Source: Octopus vulgaris
Taxonomy: Eukaryota
Assembly: GCA_951406725.2 (NCBI GenBank)
Contig: OX597821.1
Span: 57,350,001 to 57,414,000 of the forward strand
Direction: 5' to 3'
Length of the DNA: 64,000 bases
Part shown: piece after piece, positions 56,660 through 64,000 of the stretch
How the letters are laid out: the number at the start of each line of letters is the position of its first letter
How positions within the stretch are numbered: the first letter of the stretch is position 1
Program-made: the position numbers and the translations under genes
Notes under the pieces: generated by a model
The model's database searches: none
The model's input: only the letters and a program-made list of their open reading frames with translations
What the model was told of the DNA's origin: nothing

Positions 56660-56870
56660 AAAGTTGAGTGCGGAAGTATCAGCACTCAACTACCAACATG
56701 GCTAAAAAAGATTGGTGCAGCACCTACAAAAATCAGGATTATTTGGAACTGTAAGAATTCTTCGCAGGATTCTTGAAGCTTGACCAGTCGACAAGTGTCA
56801 CCTTAGTCTGTTGGCTATGGACAGCTGACACTTTCCCTCATTCCCAGCAAAATAAGCTGTGGCTTTTCAT
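56660..56870 (+). mobile_element. Very short 3' fragment of a related Dong/R4 LINE
   Basis: LQKSGLFGTVRILRRILEA* followed by a 3' UTR, between (TAA)n tracts. Confidence 0.6.
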
Positions 56871-57622
56871 ATAATATTATTAATAATGATAATAAACCGG
56901 CTACCCCACAGAATTTGCTTTGTGAGGCGGGTGCTTTTTGCTATTTGACCACTCTGCAGGATGAAACACAAGACCTGTCTAAGGGCGGATAAACCCTGAG
57001 GAGTCAACGGCCATCCAAATAACAACTCATTCACCATTCACCAGCTGTGGAGTATTGAACACTGGGTTTGGTGTCCAGCGCAGAATAGCTCACTTAAACA
57101 TCTAACGGGAGAAGGGCAAAGTCCTTCGGAGATGGTGTCTCGATAAAACTACTGGTGTTTGTGGAAACCTTATCAACACATTCCTTAGCATGAGAGTAAT
57201 GAATAATAGAAATAACATAAACAACGGCGTAAATCAAACGGGGCTACAGGTGACGGACAGTGGGTGAGCAGCACAGGCCCGGTTGTTATTATACGGCTGC
57301 TAAAACTGAATGGACTAAGACGATGATTACAACTGTCATGGCGTGTTACTTTTTGAGTAAACTTACTGATAATGAAGGGAGACCCATAAGAGGATATAGA
57401 AAGAGGATGTATGAAATATGGATGGAGAAGCAGGGCTCGGATATTACGGAACATATACTCTGTGTCCAAGTAAGAGCAATAAGGAAGAAAGGATGGCTAA
57501 CAGTAGCAGAGCTCGATGAGATTAGGAGGAGAGTGATGTCCGAAAATAAGGGGGAATGATGCAGAAGCAGATACAAAGAATTCTGACGATGCTGCACTTA
57601 ATGAGAGCAACCAAGAGAAGTA

Positions 57623-58188
57623 TTAGGTTGTCCGGAAAGTTCGTGCCGATTTTTAAAGGAAAGAAAAAGGTCAATAGATACTTGCCATTGGATTTTTAAT
57701 CGACCAAATATGAACCATTTTGTTGCACAGTGCGTCTCCATCTTTCCTTTAACTTGAAAATACCCTCTTCCTAGAATTGAGGTGGTTTCATGGCAAAGAA
57801 TTCATCAAGGTATCTTTTAACGCCATCCAAGGAATTAAAATTTTTACCATTAAGACTATTCTGCAGAGACCTGAATAAGAGGAAATCCAAAGGAGCAATA
57901 TCTGATGAATATGGAGGGTGGGGTAACACATCCCAGCCGAGCTGCAGCAATTTTTGTCTTGTTCCCAAATCATCAAGTGCCGAAAATGAGCTTTCTTATC
58001 TTCCATTTTAAAGGGTTACAGAATTAACACAGGTTATAGGAATATAAACCATCTTCCACGAAAAGATAGCTTAAACTGTGCTCTAAATGGAGGAGTAGTC
58101 AAATCCTATTTTATGGACTCAACCATGTTCTAAAATAAGTTGAAAGGTTAGCTACTATAAATCGTCACGAACTTTCCGGACAATCCAA
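57623..58188 (-). mobile_element. Internally deleted mariner transposon nested in the Dong LINE
   Basis: About 30-bp TIRs (ttaggttgtccggaaagttcgtgccgattt / aaatcgtcacgaactttccggacaatccaa), TA TSD; transposase N-terminus MEDKKAHFRHLM joined to LGWDVLPHPPYSSDIAPLDFLLFRSLQ. Confidence 0.92.
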
Positions 58189-60327
58189 TATAATGTCTTA
58201 AGCACTGAGCGCAGAGAAGAACTAAATAATGAAGACAAAGAAATGAACAAAGACATTAATAGTATCGTTGAGAAAAACCTGGATATGGAAATAAATGGAT
58301 TCAGGGAAGTAGATAGAAATTTGCTAAGTGGGTGGACCCTGAAGGTGAATAAATACTGAAAGAAATCAAGACAAAAAATATAACCGTAACAGATAGATTG
58401 ATTAAAGCCTGCATCATCCATATAGGAAATAAAGTAGGCCTGAAACCAAACTGTAAATGTAAGAATGAAGGAAAAGAACCTTGAAGGAAAAGAAGAATAA
58501 AACAATCAATGAACGAACTATGAAAACATATTAACATCTTGGAAAGAAAGAAAAATGTTAAATGAGGAGGGAAGAGAAATATCAGGCACTAAAACGTAGA
58601 TATAGAATAAATAAAAAGCGGGGTTATATGTAGTTCTTGAAGATCTGAAAAACCGATTGCAGGTTAAAGCGACAAAGATGAAGAGATATGATCAAAGAAT
58701 TGAACAATATAAAATCAACAGATTGTTCCAAGAAGACCAGAAAAGGGTTTATCAGCAGCTGAATGGAAAGGTTAACAGCACTGAGGGGCCAGATGCTGGA
58801 GAAAGTAAAATGTCTTGGGGTAACATCTGGAATAATGAAAGAAAGCATAGCAAAGATGCTAAATGGTTGGAGGAATTAAGGTCGGAAAAATACGAAGTGA
58901 AATGGAGCAATATTAGAATAACGACTGAAATGGTAACCGAACGGACAACAAAGATCCCAAACTGGGAATGCCCAGGAACGGATAAGGTACACGGATACTG
59001 ACTGACAAATTTCCCAACACTACACAGAAGAATAGCCACGCAAATACATAAAATGATCAACAACGGTGTACAAATCCCAAAGTGGCTGACCACAGGTAAA
59101 ACAATTATTTGCCAAATGAATCCCAACAAAGTTAATGCAGTGGATAATAACCGACCTATCACTTGTTTGCCCCTGATGTGGAAGCTGATGACAGGAATAA
59201 TATCTAATCATGTGTATAACTTCCTGGAAATCAAGGACAAACTGCCTGTGAAACAGAAAGGGTGCAGAAGAAAAAGTCGAAGAACAAAAGAGCAACTCTT
59301 GATAGACAGAACGGTACGGAACGACCGCAAGAAAAGACTTAGTAATCTGGACATGGCGTGGATCGATTATGAGAAAGCGTATGACATGGTCCTCCATTCC
59401 TGGATTTTAGATAGTCTTGAACTGGTACAGGTGTTTGATAACATATCAAATTTTATTAGGAGATCAATAAAAGCTGGAATATAGTTAAGTTCAATATTGA
59501 AAATTTTTGGTAACAGTTAACATCAAGAGAGGCATATTTCAAGGAGATAGCCTATCACCATTGCTGTTTGTGATTTATATAATACCCCTCACACAGACAC
59601 TACGGGAAGTGGAGGAAAATTAAATCATTTGTTACATATGGATGATTTAAAGATCTTTGGAAATGGCCTAGTTTCAGTAAGGATATCGGAATGGAATTTG
59701 GACTAAACGTGTGTTATGCTTATAATACAAAGAGGTAGTGTCGTTTGATGGTGTAGAGCTACCCAACGGCGAGAAAATCAAGGATATTGAGACTAATTGA
59801 TATAAATATCTGGAGATTTTAGAATACGACAAAATCAAGGAAAGTGAAATGAAGGAAAGCTTTAGGCAAGAATCTCTCAGAAGACTCAATGGAAAAAACA
59901 ATATCAGGGCAATGAACAGATGGGCTGTTTCCTTAATGCGATATGGCACAAGTATTGTTAGGTGGACAAAAAGCTTGAAGAAATGGACAAGAAAAGTAGA
60001 AAAGTGATGACAAGGAACTACACCCCAAAAGTGGTACTGACAGACTGTATGTGCCTAGAAATAGGGTTGGAAGAGGTTTCACAGAATGCAAGATCTGGGT
60101 CGTCAACAAGAAGAACAGTCTGGGATGGTACAGCAAACAGCAGAGAGAATTCTTGCTTGCCGCTGTTAGAATTAACACTATAAAACCTACCGAAAATGTG
60201 ATACACCTACAAACATTTGAGAAACAAGATGAAGAAATAGTAAACAACTGGAAAATGAAACCACTGCATGGGCAATACGTCAGAGAAATCGAAGGAAAAG
60301 ATAAGATCAACACTTGGAGATGGCTAA

Positions 60328-60489
60328 GGCGTTGGAGTGGCTGTATAGTAAGTAGCTTGCTTATGAACCACATGGTTCCGGGTTCAGTCCCACTGCGAGG
60401 CACCTTGGGCAAGTGTCTTCTGCTATGGTCCCGCACTGACCAAAGCTTTGTGAGTGGATTTGGTAGACTGAAACTGAAAGAAGCCCGTC

Positions 60490-60557
<68 letters not shown>

Positions 60558-60846
60558 ATGTATGTGTGTATGTATGTGTGTATGTATGTATGTATGTATG
60601 TATGTATGTATGTATGTATGTATGTATGATTGTGTGTATGTTTGTATGTCTATTTGTCCCCCCCCAACATCGCTTGACAACCGATGCTGGTGTGTTTACA
60701 TCCCCGTAACTTAGCGGTTCGGCAAAAGAGACCGATAGAATAAGTACTAGGCTTACAAAGAATAAGTCTTGGGGGCGATTTGCTCGACTAAAGGCGGTGC
60801 TCCAGCATGGCCACAGTCAAATGACTGAAGCAAATAAAAGAGTAAA
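60328..60846 (+). mobile_element. SINE (same abundant family) nested in the Dong/R4 LINE
   Basis: Interrupts the LINE reading frame WRWLR|KSNLRGCTEALICSAQ. Confidence 0.85.
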
Positions 60847-61685
60847 AAAGTAATCTGAGAGGATGCACTGAGGCATTGATATGCAGCGCCCAGTGACAAG
60901 CACTGAGAACTAATTACACCAAGTTCCAAATGGATAAGAGTAGCAAATCGCCCCTTTGTAGGATGTGTGGGAGCAGAAACGAAAGAATCTCACATATTAT
61001 GAGTGAGTGTAGCAAGCTGACCCAAAAGCACTACAAAAGGAGGCACGATAATGTGGCTAAGTTTTTCTAATGGAGACTATGTGAAAAGTACGGCCTGAAC
61101 AGAGCACAGAAATGGTACGAACATGAACCACGAGGAGTCACCGAAAAAAAGGAACAAGGAACAAGGTATTATACTGTGGGATTTTGCAACGCAATGTGAC
61201 TCCCTAATCGAGGCTCGGAGACCAGATATTGTTGTGGTAGATAAAGGCAAAAAAGAAACCAAGATCGTAGATATTGCAATACCTGGAGATGCACGCATAA
61301 GTAACAAAGAACTAGAAAAGATTGAAAAGTACAGACTACTAAAAGACGACGAAATTGCAAGAATGTAGACTATGAGGAGAGTGTCTGCCATTCCAGTAGT
61401 TGTAGGGGCACTCGGGAGCACTAACAACTAAGTTCGAGAAATATGTCAAAGAAATCGGAATTGATATGAGAACAGAGTAAGCTAAAAAAAAAAAAACTGC
61501 TCTGTTAGGACAGCTAGGATTTTGAGATCGGTACTTGGATGTTGAATGTCTCCCACGATAATTAACAACCAGGTATCAAAGCATATAATGTGCATAAACC
61601 ATGTGAGACCTCTGAGAGCAGGCTGCTGTCCGCTTTCATAGAATCTACCAGAACAAACAAGACTGAACGTTCTGAGAAGTAAAGC

Positions 61686-61731
<46 letters not shown>

Positions 61732-62802
61732 TTTCTACTATAGGCACGAGGCTTGGCTTTTGTGGGATGGGGGAAAGTCGATAGCATCGACCCCAGTTCT
61801 CAACTAGTACTTAATATATCGACCCCGAAAGGATAAAAACTGAAGTCGACCTCGGCAGAATTTGAACTCAGAACGTAGCGACGGGCGAAATACCGCTAAG
61901 CGTTTCGTCCAGTGTGCTAATGATTCTGCCAGCTTGCCGCCTTAATAATAATAATAATTTCAATTTTCTTATTGTCACAAGCGCAGCTTGGGGTAGGTGG
62001 GGTTGAGTCGATTGCATCGACCCCAGTGGATGGAATTTATAAATATTTTAATGCATCGCTACGCGCGTTTCCACATGTCACATTATTCTTATGATCATAG
62101 TCTGTATTCCTGTGATGATTACCGTACAGACCGTAGTCTCCATGGATATTGGCTAAATCCTGTTCGTTCGATATGGCACTTACGGATGTTTAACTGAGGG
62201 TTGTTTATCAATTTTGATCAATGAAAAGGTTGATTGAGGTATGTGGACATATATAAAGAGTGTGTAGTCATGTTGGACTTATTTTCATATTTGAATTCGC
62301 AGATGTCAGGATAGGTAGTATAGTTCTTTAGTTTGTATGTATATGTATGTACGTGTATATGTCTTATGTATGTATAAATAAATGGAGTTAAACGCAGGTG
62401 TTATTCAAATTCTTTTACTTCCGACATATGTTTCAACCCGGAGTTTCTACCTTTGCAAACAGGGTGTTATGCCCTTACTACATGTAGCATTTTTTGCTGT
62501 CCTGTTAACTGTTTATTTATTTTTCCGTGTTAATTGTAAACAAAGGGGAAAATACACACACCCATTTATATTTATGTATGTATTATTGTAAACGAAAACA
62601 AAAATCTGTATTTACATCCAAATACATACTCACATAATGTAATGTGACTGTGTGATAGGAAGTTTGCTTCCCAAACCAATGCTTCTACGTGGCACTTTTG
62701 GTAAGTTTTGTACTTTAATCCCGGGCCGACTAAAGCCTTGTGATAGGTTTTGATAGACAAAAACTGAAAGAAGCCCGTCGTATATATATATGTATGCGAG
62801 TT

Positions 62803-63035
62803 AAGGCGGCGAGTTGGCAGAACCGTTAGCACGCCGGGCGAAATGCGTAGCCGTATTTCGTCTGCCGTTACGTTCTGAGTTCAAATTCCGCAGTGGTCGA
62901 CTTTGCCTTTCATCCTTTCGGGGTCGATAAATTAAGTACCAGTTACGCGCTGGGGTCGATGTAATCGACTTAATCCGTTTGTCTGTCCTTGTTTGTCCCC
63001 TCTATGTTTAGCCCCTTGTGGGCAGCAAAGAAATA
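62803..63035 (+). mobile_element. Second SINE family (gcctttcatcctttcggggtcgataaattaagtaccag core), CpG-rich copy
   Basis: Related copies at about 6974-7410, 20190-20400, 36370-36730(-), 36800-36950, 50240-50420(-), 61735-61945(-). Confidence 0.8.
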
Positions 63036-63092
63036 TATATGTGTGTGTGTGTGACAGGGAGAGAGAGAGAGAAATAGTGTGTTTGTGTGTGT

Positions 63093-63128
<36 letters not shown>

Positions 63129-64000
63129 ATATATATATATATATATACAGACTGACATATAATTCATTGAGTCAGTTCAGTTTACTTTTACACTGCAGAG
63201 TAGTTTCCTGTAGCTTTCTTGATGTCAGACCTATTCGTTGGACAGAATAAACTGGATAAGAAAAAGAGACAATCTTCTGCACCGGAGATGGACGGGAGTA
63301 TATAAGTAGTTGAACGATATACAGAAGATACACGGAAGCGTAAGATTAACTGACCACCTGCTGGTATTACAATAGAAACTGGCATTAGCCATAAGTCAGC
63401 AAAAGAAAGAAGAAAGGAAAAGAGGAAATGTAGAAAAAGGAAAGAAAAGTGGAGTGAGATGCTAAATGGAATAACTGAAGTGGCAATGCCGTTTCTGCTT
63501 TTAGAAAATTACTTCCAGGAGTGGTGGAGGGGAAGGTAGATCAGTGAGACGATGGCTGGTGTCCAATAGATTGGATAGTGAAAATGGTAAAATGATGAAA
63601 AGCGATGCGGTGGGAGGGAGAATACATGATGATGGTAACTACAGTACTGAGAAATAAATGAAACCAGGATCGAGTATCAAATAGCAAACATCAGATTCAA
63701 ACTATCAGGACTAAAAATGTTAACTGGGTCTCCATTGGTTAAGTTGACGAGGGTTCCAGTCGATCCGATCGATGGAACAGCCTGCTCGGAAAGTTAGCAC
63801 GCAGGTGACTGAGCACTCTACAGGCACACATACCCTCGGGGATGTTCAGTGTGACACAGAATGTGACAAGGCTGGCCCTTTGAAATACAGGTTCAACTCA
63901 TTTTTGCTTGCTGAGTGGACTGGAGCAACGGGAAAAATAAAGCGCCTGGCTGCTCAAGGACACAACGTATCCCCAGGAATCGAACTCACGACCTTTAGAT

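Larger units (their letters stand above)
56895..61686 (+). mobile_element. Near full-length, decayed R4/Dong-clade non-LTR retrotransposon (RT plus RLE endonuclease)
   Basis: N-terminal GYRKRMYEIW...GWLTVAELDEI; RT: NRPITCLPLMWKLMTGII, QKGCRR, WIDYEKAYDMV, RGIFQGDSLSPLLF, HMDDLK, YKYLEI; CRMCG..E..SHIMSEC; RRPDIVVVDK..IVDIAIP..KIEKY; (TAA)n at both ends; many frameshifts. Confidence 0.92.

Noticed and set aside
56994-57020. CTGAGGA hammerhead core in the Dong 5' UTR
   Set aside because: No GAAA follows a closing stem II.
58657-59484. Functional reverse transcriptase gene
   Set aside because: Broken by stops, frameshifts and nested insertions; annotated as a dead LINE.

Overview
AT-rich, microsatellite-dense eukaryotic DNA. 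The SINE repertoire suggests an octopus or other coleoid cephalopod; this is an inference from recalled repeat families, not a search result. Positions 307-41346 (+) hold the last 24 coding exons of a neurobeachin-like gene (NBEAL1/2 family: PH-BEACH-WD40). I spliced these by hand; all introns are GT-AG and phase-consistent, giving about 1034 aa. Introns and the downstream region contain four or five tRNA-derived SINE families, RTE LINE fragments, piggyBac/hAT/mariner non-autonomous elements, and a tandem array of three R4/Dong-type LINE copies in (TAA)n. The most interesting signal is a set of hammerhead-ribozyme (HHR) motifs, mostly inside microsatellite-embedded fold-back or tandem elements of Penelope/retrozyme type. 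These include (i) a recurrent palindromic element with tRNA-like heads at the centre and an HHR tail on each arm, flanked by 10-13 bp target-site duplications, (ii) an intact type I HHR in a 469-nt partial-tandem unit, and (iii) apparent G3:C8 and U3:A8 covariant catalytic cores.
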